The position numbers were made by a program, and so were the translations under genes. Source: Kiritimatiellia bacterium (GTDB lineage: Bacteria; Verrucomicrobiota; Kiritimatiellia; CAIQIC01; Lenti-01). From it: a stretch of 64,000 nucleotides of DNA. The stretch is taken from positions 1,216 through 65,215 of the forward strand of contig JAFYAC010000084.1 of NCBI GenBank assembly GCA_017540905.1, in the 5' to 3' direction. Positions 36,684-45,362 of this stretch are shown here, one piece after another (within the stretch, counting starts at the first letter, position 1; each line of letters opens with the position of its first letter). The notes below the pieces were generated by a model. That model had not been told where the DNA came from. It saw nothing but the letters and a program-made list of their open reading frames with translations, and did not search any database.

Positions 36684-37562
36684 TCACGCCCCCTTTTCCA
36701 GCTTCGCGACAATCTCCCGGAACGCCTTCGACGGCGCATTGTCGTCGTACAGCGCCATGAACGGCATCCCGTCGTCGCCGCCCGCGCACACCATCGGGTC
36801 CAGCGGAATCTTCCCGAGGAACCCGATGTCGTACTCCGCCGCCAGCCGTTCCCCGGCGCCGGACGAGAACACGTCCGTCACCCCGCCGCAGTGCGGGCAC
36901 ACGAAGCCGCTCATGTTCTCCACCAGCCCGGCCACCCGCAGCGGCAGCTTGTTGCAGAAGTCCACCGACTTCGAGACATCCTCCTCCGAGACCCGCTGCG
37001 GGGTCGTGACGATCACGGCCGCGGCCCCCGGATCCCCGAGCAGCAGCTGGCAGATGGTCAGCGGCTCGTCCCCGGTTCCCGGCGGAACGTCAATGACCAG
37101 CGCGTCCAGCTTCCCCCACTCCACCTGGGCCACGAACTGCCGGATCAGGCCGATCTTCATCGGCCCGCGCAGGATCACCGCCGTGTCGGGCGCATCCAGG
37201 ATGAACCCCACCGACATCACCTCGAGCGGCCCCGCCTCCATCGGCACGAAGCGGCCTTCCGGCGTTGTCGCCAGCCGCTTCCCGTCCAGATGCAGCATCC
37301 TCGGCACGCTGGGCCCGTGCAGGTCGATGTCCAGCAGCCCGACGCGCCGCCCCTTCCCCTCCTGCGCCAGGGCCAGGGCGAGGTTGACGGCGACCGTGCT
37401 CTTGCCGACCCCGCCCTTGCCGGACATCACCACGTACTTGCGCGGGATTCCGCCCAGCACTTCGCGGATGCGCAGGTCCTCCGGACTCTGCCCGCAGTTC
37501 GAGCAGTCGCCCCCGGACGGGCAGTTCGCGGCGGACGGACAAGTGGCTTTCGATTCGCTCAT
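36684..37562 (-). CDS. apbC: Mrp/NBP35/ApbC-family Fe-S cluster carrier ATPase
   Basis: ORF trimmed to ATG 37562 (MSESKATCPS; AAGGAG upstream). VMSGKGGVGKST, DLHGPS, CPHCG. Confidence 0.85.
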   Translation of the reverse strand: MSESKATCPSAANCPSGGDCSNCGQSPEDLRIREVLGGIPRKYVVMSGKGGVGKSTVAVNLALALAQEGKGRRVGLLDIDLHGPSVPRMLHLDGKRLATTPEGRFVPMEAGPLEVMSVGFILDAPDTAVILRGPMKIGLIRQFVAQVEWGKLDALVIDVPPGTGDEPLTICQLLLGDPGAAAVIVTTPQRVSEEDVSKSVDFCNKLPLRVAGLVENMSGFVCPHCGGVTDVFSSGAGERLAAEYDIGFLGKIPLDPMVCAGGDDGMPFMALYDDNAPSKAFREIVAKLEKGA

Positions 37563-37813
37563 CGTTACATCTCCTTGATTGGCACTCCCGCCAAGATACC
37601 ACACCCCCGCCCCCTTGCCAACGCCGGCCCCAACCCCGCACGCAAACTCTACGCGCGTCCTTCAAAGGGGCATGAAATGCTCGGTTCGCGGCGTCCCGAT
37701 GCCGACGGCGGGGCGCGGGACGCCGCAACCGCATGCCAGCCGTCATACCCAACGGGGAAGATGCGCCCCGGTTTTGGCCAATCCACTATCCCTCCTGGAA
37801 AAATTGAGTTTTC

Positions 37814-37831
37814 AAATGGTTATAACCATTT
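37814..37831. repeat. Perfect 18-bp palindrome AAATGGTTATAACCATTT at the left edge of the lower-G+C island
   Basis: Read directly from the sequence. Lies in an AT-rich stretch 65 nt downstream of the last small ORF of the island operon. Confidence 0.9.
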
Positions 37832-37895
37832 TTGGTGAAACAGAAAGATATATTGGAGAGACAAACAGGCAAAACAGGCATCTCTTCCGTCATCT

Positions 37896-38129
37896 TCATT
37901 CCCGTTCCTCCTCCCGCTCTCGTGCGTATTCCTCTTCCATCCCGTATCCTCCTTGCCCTTCCTCGACCTCGTCACCGCTCCCTGGTTTCCTCAGCTCCAG
38001 CTCCACCATCCGCAGCATTCCGCCGACATACACCTCGAACGTCCCCGAACCGCTCAGGGAGGCTGCGTCGGTGTTTCTCGGCTCGAGCAGCTCGAACACC
38101 ACCAGCGTCCTGCCATTCTCTTCCCGCAC
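37896..38129 (-). CDS. Small acidic-tailed hypothetical protein (77 aa)
   Basis: GTG start 3 nt after the stop of the upstream ORF. No family recognised; could be non-coding. Confidence 0.3.
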   Translation of the reverse strand: MREENGRTLVVFELLEPRNTDAASLSGSGTFEVYVGGMLRMVELELRKPGSGDEVEEGQGGYGMEEEYAREREEERE

Positions 38130-38132
38130 CCG

Positions 38133-38450
38133 TTACCCGCAAAACCCGCAAACCGACCTCGCCGCGATGGAGACCCGGTCCAGGCCCTGCGTGAAGGCAT
38201 CGAGCTGGCCGAAGGGAATCATGTCCCAATGGAGGTAGGCCGCCTTCAGGACCGTTTTCTCCGCCTTGTCCGCGGGCTTCGCGCAAGATTGCCAGCCCGC
38301 CAGGAGACGTTCCGTCCACCAGCGGTTGTGTTCGGCGTGCAGGAGTTTCAGGCGGGATTCCGCGTTTCTTGGGCAGTCGGGGAAGGCGGCGGCCTTCTCC
38401 TTGAAGCTGTCGCCCGCGTTGATGCTCGACCATTGGCCCCAGCGTGGCAT
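38133..38450 (-). CDS. Small protein with RyR-domain-like signature (or C-terminal remnant of a larger gene)
   Basis: LLHAEHNRWWTERLLAGWQ...KAAYLHWDMIPFGQLD resembles the RyR repeat pattern (H-x-x-W-x-x-E-R-x-x-x-G-W ... P-hD-EL). Weak RBS. Confidence 0.35.
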   Translation of the reverse strand: MPRWGQWSSINAGDSFKEKAAAFPDCPRNAESRLKLLHAEHNRWWTERLLAGWQSCAKPADKAEKTVLKAAYLHWDMIPFGQLDAFTQGLDRVSIAARSVCGFCG

Positions 38451-38588
38451 CTGTTTCCACAGCTGTTCCGTTCACTCCTTGCCCCAGACCCCCCGCGCCC
38501 CTTCCACGAACTTCCCAACCGCCGCCTCCGGGAGCCCTTTGCCGAAGGCAGATGATCCACCCGGCCGCCCGCCCTGCATCCAGGGATC

Positions 38589-39584
38589 TCAGAAAGCGCA
38601 GTCCTCCTGGTCCGCCTCATGTTGGGCAATCCACGCTTCGAGGGCTGCCCGGTTGCGTGCATACCAGTCGTTGCACAGGTGGTAGGAAACACCGCAAATG
38701 ACAAGCGGTTCAGCATAATAACGACGTTTGTCGAATGTTTCCCCGGCCTTCACCAGAAGGGGGAAATTCAATCCGAACGCCTCTTTGGAATACTCTGCGC
38801 TCATCAAATCCTCGACCTCGGAATCGTTTTCGAGCCCCTCGAGAATCGCCCTCACGACCGTTTTCACAAGGTTCCCAATCTTGGTGGCCTTGACATCGCT
38901 CTCCCCGGTTCCATTGGCATTCCCGGACTCCCCGGACCTGTTGCCGCCCTTCTGCGGCATGCCCGAGACAACCTCCAACTGCACGGCCCGCAAGAACAAT
39001 TCCGCCGTGTCGGAAACTTCTGCCACGAGCGGGAGCATCGGCTCCATGATTTCCCGCTGGAAATCCCTGTTGATCAAAAGGCGGAAATCGAACTCGAAGC
39101 CCTGTTGCCGGAAAAATCCGGCCACCATGTCGAAGGCCGGACGGAGAACCTCTTCGTACGAATGCGTGACCTTGGGTGCGGCAAAACAGATTGAGCCTTT
39201 CCTGACATCCATGTAGCAATGGAGTCCGATGGCCGCGCGGAACAATTTTCCGGCGATCTTCGCCGCGCTCTCGTGCTTGTTTTTTCCGTATTGGACCCCA
39301 TTCGTGTGAAAGGCGGATTCTACGGCATGCCATGACCAGTCCATTGCCAACAGCCCGACGACGTCGCACTCCGTCTGGTGGAGTATTTGCGTGGCATCGG
39401 CATTCTTTTTGAATATGTCCAATTGCCCGAAAAACTGTTTGCCTTCCTGTACCAGCCGTTCGATGTCGGCGAGGTTGTGCTCCACCCAGTTCGGAGACGG
39501 CTTCCAGTTCGTTTGCACCACCGTGCAACCTTTGACATGCTTCAGCCAGGAAGCGACCAATGATTCACACATTTCGATTTTCAT
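38589..39584 (-). CDS. Hypothetical protein (331 aa); possible N-terminal PD-(D/E)xK-like module and C-terminal RYY...W module
   Basis: ORF 38589..39599. Start set at the second ATG (39584), which has GGAGAG 7 nt upstream. MKIEMCESLVASWLKHVKGCTVVQTN...TECDVVGLL...AVESAFH; C-terminal KRRYYAEPLVICGVSYHLCNDWY. About 57% G+C. Confidence 0.6.
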   Translation of the reverse strand: MKIEMCESLVASWLKHVKGCTVVQTNWKPSPNWVEHNLADIERLVQEGKQFFGQLDIFKKNADATQILHQTECDVVGLLAMDWSWHAVESAFHTNGVQYGKNKHESAAKIAGKLFRAAIGLHCYMDVRKGSICFAAPKVTHSYEEVLRPAFDMVAGFFRQQGFEFDFRLLINRDFQREIMEPMLPLVAEVSDTAELFLRAVQLEVVSGMPQKGGNRSGESGNANGTGESDVKATKIGNLVKTVVRAILEGLENDSEVEDLMSAEYSKEAFGLNFPLLVKAGETFDKRRYYAEPLVICGVSYHLCNDWYARNRAALEAWIAQHEADQEDCAF

Positions 39585-39696
39585 CTGCAATCTCTCCATT
39601 CTTTGCTTGCTATTTGCGATTGTAGTTCGGTATGGAAATTCGTCAATCGCGGTTCATGGGCAGTTTCCATGATTTTCCCATCCGCCCGGGTTCGTG

Positions 39697-40629
39697 TCAG
39701 TACCGCAGGATTTCCTTCAGCTTCCTGCACCCCTTGAAGTGCACCCCCCGGTCCACCTCCAGCCCCTGTGGAACCCGCACCGTTTCCAAGTCGTCGCAAC
39801 CGGCGAATGCGCCCGCCCCGACCTCCTCGACGGTGGAGGGAAGGGTGGCCGTCCGCACCCCCGTTCCGCGGAATGCACTTTCGCCGATGTACGCCAGACC
39901 CTCGGGCAACACGATTTCCCGGAGGGCCTTGCACTCATAGAACGCCCCGACCCCGATGGCCTTCACGCTCGCGGGAATGGCCATGGATTCCAAGGCCGCG
40001 CACAGCGCGAACGCCCGTTCCCTGATTTTCGTCGTGCCCTCGTGGATGACGACCTTCTTCAAGGTGGAACAGCCACGGAATGCCCACTCCCCGATTTCCA
40101 TCACGCTTTCAGGGATGGCTACCGACTTCAGGGAGGTACAATTGAGGAACGCACACCCCCCGATAGCCGTCACGCTCCCGGGAATGAGGACCGACTCCAA
40201 GGCGGTACAAGCGACAAACGCCGCGTACCCGATTCCCGTCACCCCCTTGGGAATGACAACCGATTTCAGGGATTCGCAACCCGCGAACGCATTCTCCCCG
40301 ATGGCCCTTGCGCTTTCGGGGATGACAACCGACTTCAGGGAGGTACAATTGAGGAAAGCCTCATCCCCGATTGCCTTCACGCTTCCGGGAATGTCGATCG
40401 CCTCCAAGGCCGCGCAATCCTTGAACGCCGCCCCCCCGATTTCCGTCACGCTGGCCGGGATGCGGATTGCACGGAGGCTGGTGCATCCCTCGAACGCCTG
40501 TTCTTCGATGGCCGTGGTCCCATCCTGGATTTCCACGCATTCGATGTCCGTCCGGTTCTGGTACGCCCTTGCCTTGATGGGGGCGCCGGCCTGGCCGATC
40601 TTGAGGGTTTTCTTCGTTTCGTTTGCCAT
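39697..40629 (-). CDS. BspA-type leucine-rich repeat protein (LRR_5), no signal peptide
   Basis: About 11 repeats of the form I-P-x-S-V-x-x-I-G-x-x-A-F-x-x-C-x-x-L. N-terminus MANETKKTLKIGQAG is hydrophilic. GGGAG RBS. Confidence 0.8.
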   Translation of the reverse strand: MANETKKTLKIGQAGAPIKARAYQNRTDIECVEIQDGTTAIEEQAFEGCTSLRAIRIPASVTEIGGAAFKDCAALEAIDIPGSVKAIGDEAFLNCTSLKSVVIPESARAIGENAFAGCESLKSVVIPKGVTGIGYAAFVACTALESVLIPGSVTAIGGCAFLNCTSLKSVAIPESVMEIGEWAFRGCSTLKKVVIHEGTTKIRERAFALCAALESMAIPASVKAIGVGAFYECKALREIVLPEGLAYIGESAFRGTGVRTATLPSTVEEVGAGAFAGCDDLETVRVPQGLEVDRGVHFKGCRKLKEILRY

Positions 40630-40677
40630 GTTCGATCTCCCGTTTGTTTGTATCCAAATGCGTGGTTTGCCGTCCGT

Positions 40678-41328
40678 TCACCCGAACGGGCGGCAGCAAA
40701 CCGCCTTCTGCCGCCACTCCGGGCGCGCCGGGCGCATGCCATGCTCCAGGCAACTGCGCATCTCCCCGCGCGCGTCTTCCCCGAAGACCACGACGTCGGG
40801 CTCCAGCTCCCACATGAGCATGTAAAACAGTTCGGGGCGCGCAAAGCCCCCGAACAAGTCCTCGTAATCCCCGCCCAGCCTCCCCTTCAACACCTCCCAG
40901 GCCGGATCCGTGGACAACCCCGAAAACGCGTTCACGTGGATGGCCACGTTCGTCCGCTGCCCGGCGCGGTAACTGGCGTCGAACGCCCGGAGCACCGGCT
41001 CCATGCCGTCGAACCACCCGGAAGGGTGCCGCCCGAAATACCCGTCGCACTGCTCCCGCAGGAACGCCGCCGCCCCGGTCTCCGGCAGTTCCCGGAGCGC
41101 GAACGGGGCATCCGGCCCGTCCGCGAATTCGAGCGGCGACGGATTCACCCCCACCGTGATGATCCGCCGGTTGCCCGCCTTTCCGTACGCCGCGCTGTCC
41201 CCGAACCACGGGATGGGGAACATCCCCCGCACGAACCGGCATTCCCGCCTCCCGTGGCGGCACGTCCGCTCCCTCTTTTCCCTGAAATCCTCGATGAAAG
41301 CATCGATCAATTTGTCGCTGACGGGCAT
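40678..41328 (-). CDS. Hypothetical protein (216 aa), possible uracil-DNA-glycosylase-superfamily fold
   Basis: ATG 41328 within ORF 40678..41628 (AAGGA RBS). RIITVGVNPSPLE and AIHVNAFSGLS loosely resemble Mug/TDG motifs GINPG and NPSGLS. Tentative. Confidence 0.55.
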   Translation of the reverse strand: MPVSDKLIDAFIEDFREKRERTCRHGRRECRFVRGMFPIPWFGDSAAYGKAGNRRIITVGVNPSPLEFADGPDAPFALRELPETGAAAFLREQCDGYFGRHPSGWFDGMEPVLRAFDASYRAGQRTNVAIHVNAFSGLSTDPAWEVLKGRLGGDYEDLFGGFARPELFYMLMWELEPDVVVFGEDARGEMRSCLEHGMRPARPEWRQKAVCCRPFG

Positions 41329-41453
41329 GTCCTTTTTCCCTTGTTTTCGTCCCCCCGCGGGGACAGGCGCGCTTGCTCCGGTTGCCGTTTGGGCGTCACA
41401 AGCAACGGCGCAGAAGCGGGCCTGCCGTTCCCCGGGGCGGGCTTGTGTCATTG

Positions 41454-41822
41454 CTACCGGCTTTCCAGATAGCTGGCAAGTTTCCTGAAGGCGGTCCGCC
41501 GGTCCAGCCATCTGTCTTTGTCCATCCCCTGCGCTGCCTGCAACCGGCCGTCGATGAAGATGACGCACAGACGATAGCCTTCCGCGTTTTCCTCCCCTGT
41601 ATAAGAGCACACGAACTCTTCGAACCATCCGGCCCCATGCTCGTTGTCGATTTGCTTCGCCAGTGCCCGGAGCCGTGATTTGTAATCGCTGACCACCTTC
41701 TTGCTCAGCCTGCGTTCGGCCGCTTCCATGGCGAACTCGCCGAATTCATCCAGCAGCAGATCGAAGTCTGATTTTTCTTTGGTTTCGCGCGTCCTGGAAG
41801 CCCTTGCAGTCGTTTTGTCCAT
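41454..41822 (-). CDS. Hypothetical protein (122 aa), first gene of the island operon
   Basis: ATG with AAAGGAG 7 nt upstream and a TGnTATAAT promoter. Charged helical N-terminus; no family recognised. Confidence 0.6.
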   Translation of the reverse strand: MDKTTARASRTRETKEKSDFDLLLDEFGEFAMEAAERRLSKKVVSDYKSRLRALAKQIDNEHGAGWFEEFVCSYTGEENAEGYRLCVIFIDGRLQAAQGMDKDRWLDRRTAFRKLASYLESR

Positions 41823-41848
41823 GTGGTTCTCCTTTTGGTTGCCCCCGT

Positions 41849-41857
41849 ATTATACCA
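41849..41857 (-). promoter_or_regulatory. Extended -10 promoter element (TGGTATAAT) for the island operon
   Basis: The minus strand reads ...ttgaggggttggTATAATacgggggcaaccaaaAGGAGaaccacATG. Confidence 0.6.
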
Positions 41858-42429
41858 ACCCCTCAAAAATTGCTCAGCCGACAACGGAAAAAAATCAGAT
41901 TTTTTTCTCGCTTTAGAGAAGATTGGCTTTAGGATTGTAAGAATACAAGTGATGATGCGTAGAAATGCGGAAAAATAAATGGCACAAAATGACATAAAGA
42001 GGGCTCTGCGTGATTGTTTTTTTTCGTGGGACCGCCTCTGGAAGTCCACGAATGCAAGAAACAAGGAGAGTAACAGGACACGCCCCCCTCCGTGAGGGGG
42101 GGGCGCGGCCATGGATGGGATGTTCATGCCTGGGAAAAGACAAGTGGCAGGGGCCGCGACGGGTGCGGGATGCCGTCGCGGCGAGCGCAACTCCACTCGG
42201 GCAACAAGCGAATCAAGCCCTTTGCGGATGGACCGTGCGGAAGCCTGCATCAACGGCCCCCCGCAGTACTCCCCCCGCCGCCCTCCGGGCGGCACCCCCC
42301 CCTCGGAGGGGGGCGATTGCTTGCGCACGCTCCATTCTCCGAATACCGCCCCGCAATCCCGGCACCATCATTCCCGTCCGCCAACACTGTTCAAGAAATA
42401 GTGTGGCGCATATTTTGCCCTCCAGACAG

Positions 42430-42454
42430 GTAGGGCGAGCTCTCCGAGCGAGCC
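42430..42454 (+). repeat. REP-like variant (GTAGGGCGAGCTCTCCGAGCGAGCC)
   Basis: GTAG head plus hairpin. An inverted relative lies at 43286..43310. Confidence 0.7.
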
Positions 42455-42527
42455 GTTTCTTTCGTTGCGAACCCTGTTCAAGACGATGCGCGGGGACCGG
42501 AAACCTTCCACCCGCGTCGTGCTCCCT

Positions 42528-42887
<360 letters not shown>

Positions 42888-42922
42888 GCCGTTTCTCCTG
42901 TCCTGGTTCCGTGTTCCCCGCA

Positions 42923-42928
42923 ATTATA
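42923..42928 (-). promoter_or_regulatory. Consensus -10 (TATAAT) upstream of the region-4-only gene
   Basis: The minus strand reads aaaggctgggTATAATtgcggggaacacggaaccaggacAGGAGaaacggcATG. Confidence 0.5.
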
Positions 42929-43394
42929 CCCAGCCTTTCGTTTTCACTAACTGCTGGGAAAGCGATTTTTCCGGCATCCTGCCCTTCCGCCATGGCGATT
43001 GCATTTGGCCCCACGCGGGAGGGCCGTGCTCCGCCACGGCCGGTGTCACAAGTGCGAGTGACAAGTGGGCGGAGCGCCCTGCGGGCAGTCTTTTTCTTCC
43101 CGCCCGTGCTTTCCTGCCCGAGGGGCACACCGCACTTCGTCCTTCATCCTTCCGCGCGCCCGCTTTCCCGAGCAGATCAACCCGCCATCACCATCCTCCC
43201 GTTTCTTCATGCATGGCGTCCATGCTCTCGGCACGTTTCCCGACCTCAGAATCTGACACCCTGCAAACTCCTCCCTCGTACACGCGGCTCGCTCGGAGAG
43301 CTCGCCCCACCGCCAGCAGGGCGTACCGCAAACGTGTCTCTCGCAACTGCGCGCCCTAGTCATCGTAAAGGCCATTCTTTCGCATGTTTTCGGG

Positions 43395-43497
43395 GTAGGG
43401 CGGCGAGTCCCTTCGCCGCCGTGCATCTGTCTTGCGCATGGAGTTGCCTTCATGCCACACCCCTTTCGCACGGCGGGCAGGGGACTGCCCGCCCTAC
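43395..43497. repeat. Inverted REP doublet (REPIN-like): GTAG-hairpin ... hairpin-CTAC
   Basis: gtagggcggcgagtcccttcgccgcc (43395-43420) and ggcgggcaggggactgcccgccctac (43472-43497). Confidence 0.75.
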
Positions 43498-43923
43498 CCG
43501 CGGCCGACAAATACGAATGTTTTGACTTTACGCCGTACCAGGGCGCACAAGGCTGGTTTCAACTGGGCAAAACCACGCCGCAGCCGTGGATTTGCCCACT
43601 TTTGTCTTGTGCGTTTGCCAGGAGGGCGCCTTCACTGGCGGCCTGCCGACCCCCTCCGACGTCCGGGCGTTTTCCAAGGCGGCCGGGCTCGGCCTGCCCA
43701 TCGGCCGCGACGCCGTCCTCTGTCTCGCGGAACGCGCCCTGCCCCTGGCACGGAATGTCTCCATCCTGCCCATCGGGGCACTTTGAAAACAAGCCGCCCC
43801 CCCCCGGCAGTCAACCTGCAACAAAGAACCTGGCCGTCCCCCCGCAAACTCCTCACTCGTCCCTTTGCCGGAGCGCGGGCGGCCCACCCGCTTCCCCCTT
43901 CACCTATCCGCCCGCAGGGCGCG

Positions 43924-44020
43924 CCGCAAACTCGTCACTCGTCACTTGTCACTCGCATCTGCGCGCCCTCAGGGCGCGCCACCGCATCTTGTCACTTGTC
44001 ACTGTTCACTTTTCACTTCG
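43924..44020. repeat. Heptamer (TCGTCAC/TTGTCAC) tracts around the hairpin GCGCGCCCTCAGGGCGCGCC
   Basis: ccgcaaactcgtcactcgtcacttgtcactcg ... accgcatcttgtcacttgtcactgttcacttttcacttcg. The right part encodes the last codons of doc. Confidence 0.8.
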
Positions 44021-44407
44021 TGGCGCTCCCCGGGCGCAGCGCTCCCGGATCCACCCGAGTAGCCCCTCGTACCCCATCGACCCGTCGGCGAGGGCGAGCC
44101 CGGCGCGCACGATGTCGTCGTCGCTGCAGTCGAGGCGCACCCCGTTCGTTTCGAGGAACGTCAGCACCACGTACATGCCGATGCGCTTGTTGCCGTCGAG
44201 AAAAGCGTGGTTGGCGACGAGCGACGCCCCGAGCCGGGCCGCTTTTTCCTCCTTGGACGGGTACAGCTCCCGGCCGTCGAACGTGGCGAACGCCGCTTCC
44301 AGGGCCGATTCCAGCAGCGCCTCGTCGCGCACGCCCACCGCGCCGCCAGTCTCCGCCGCGATGTACTGGTGGAGCAACAGCACCTTGTCCTTCGAGAACT
44401 TGATCAT
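44006..44407 (-). CDS. doc: Doc (death-on-curing) Fic-domain toxin
   Basis: HAFLDGNKRIG (Fic motif HxFx[DE]GNxR). ATGA overlap with phd. Confidence 0.9.
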   Translation of the reverse strand: MIKFSKDKVLLLHQYIAAETGGAVGVRDEALLESALEAAFATFDGRELYPSKEEKAARLGASLVANHAFLDGNKRIGMYVVLTFLETNGVRLDCSDDDIVRAGLALADGSMGYEGLLGWIRERCARGAPRSEK

Positions 44408-44646
44408 TTCGCCAATTCCAGGAAAGCGCCCTTGTGGCGCCTCATCACGCGGCGAGCGACGACCTCGATCCGCTCGTCCTCCGACAGGTCGAGGTAATCC
44501 TCCCCATCCAGATCGACGACGAGATACTTCGGGCGGTTCCGCTTGAAAATCACCGTCCGCCCGTCCCTGTCGGTCTGCCTGGCGACGGCCGAAAAATTCC
44601 GGTTCGCCTCCGACAACGAAACAATCTTGCTGCTATCCACGATCAT
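44404..44646 (-). CDS. phd: Phd/YefM-family antitoxin
   Basis: 80 aa (MIVDSSKIVSLSEANRNFSAVARQ...GRTVIFKRNRPKYLVV), sitting immediately upstream of doc and overlapping it. Confidence 0.8.
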   Translation of the reverse strand: MIVDSSKIVSLSEANRNFSAVARQTDRDGRTVIFKRNRPKYLVVDLDGEDYLDLSEDERIEVVARRVMRRHKGAFLELAK

Positions 44647-44797
44647 GAAACGACCTCTACCTTGCCTTTCCGTCCCCCAATCTAGGATGTTTTCATCCTA
44701 CCGTCAACCCCGCCCTCCGCCCGCTTCCCTTTTCACACTCCGCCCGCAGAACGCACAGCCTTGAAAAGTTGAAAGGTTGAGGGAATCCGTTGAAGCG

Positions 44798-45128
44798 TCA
44801 TCCTTTGCGCCCGCAGGGCGTACCACCTTGAAGGGTTGAAAGGGTGAAGAGTTGAAAAGCGGCCACCACGCCGACCAGCGACGGATACGCCTCCGCCGAA
44901 AACTCCGTCTGGAGCGCCCCGATTTTCGCGGCAACGGTCCCCGGCACGATCCCGAGCCCGTCCGTCAGCAGCTTCGCGAGCGCCGAAATCCCCATGCCCG
45001 CGAAGATCCCCCTCGACCCGCCCTCGCCCGCCCCGTCCTCGGCCGCCAGCAGCACCTCCGCGCAGGCCGTGCCTTCCGGGTACGGCAGGATACGGTTTGA
45101 ACGCCTCGCCCTTGACCTTGCCGCCCAT
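44798..45128 (-). pseudogene. Frameshifted fragment of a membrane transporter gene (OPT oligopeptide-transporter-like)
   Basis: ATG 45128 with AAGGAG RBS gives MGGKVKGEAFKPYP. The sensible sequence then continues in another frame: ILPYPEGTACAEVLLAAEDG...GIFAGMGISALAKLLTDGLGIVPG. It ends in low-complexity TTGAAAGG repeats. Only about 110 codons long. Confidence 0.35.
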
Positions 45129-45261
45129 GTCGTCTCCTTTTTTCACGATGACCACGCACCTGCCATTCCTTCATCATGTGATGCCCCGTCCCCGCCTGTC
45201 AAAACCGCAATCGCCCCGCTCCGGTTTTGCACAATCCGGCCGCCCGCCGGGCAACCGAAAG

Positions 45262-45362
45262 TTTTCCAATGATTGGAAAATATTTTTCCAATGGTTGGAA
45301 AAATCAGGCCATTTTTCCAATGATTGGAAATTTTTCGTCCATTTTCCAATGATTGGAAAAAA
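45262..45362. repeat. Array of 4 palindromes TTTTCCAATG(A/G)TTGGAAAA (centre spacing about 22.5, 28.5 and 29 bp)
   Basis: Read directly from the sequence. Lies 150-250 bp upstream of the secreted LRR gene. It generates the FSNDWK/FPMIGK peptides seen in several track ORFs. Confidence 0.9.

Noticed and set aside
43452-43786. Possible gene remnant (…FDFTPYQGAQGWFQLGKTTPQPW… then, in another frame, …FTGGLPTPSDVRAFSKAAGLGLPIGRDAVLCLAERALPLARNVSILPIG)
   Set aside because: The peptide stretches look vaguely protein-like, but I recognise no family, start or RBS. The region is flanked by REPs. This is too weak to call even as a pseudogene; a translated database search could revisit it.
45262-45362. 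CRISPR array (also considered for 33730-33771, 58974-59097 and the heptamer tracts)
   Set aside because: The repeats are about 17-19-bp perfect palindromes separated by only 3-12 nt. There are at most 5 units, no spacer-like unique sequences and no cas genes. This is not CRISPR architecture.
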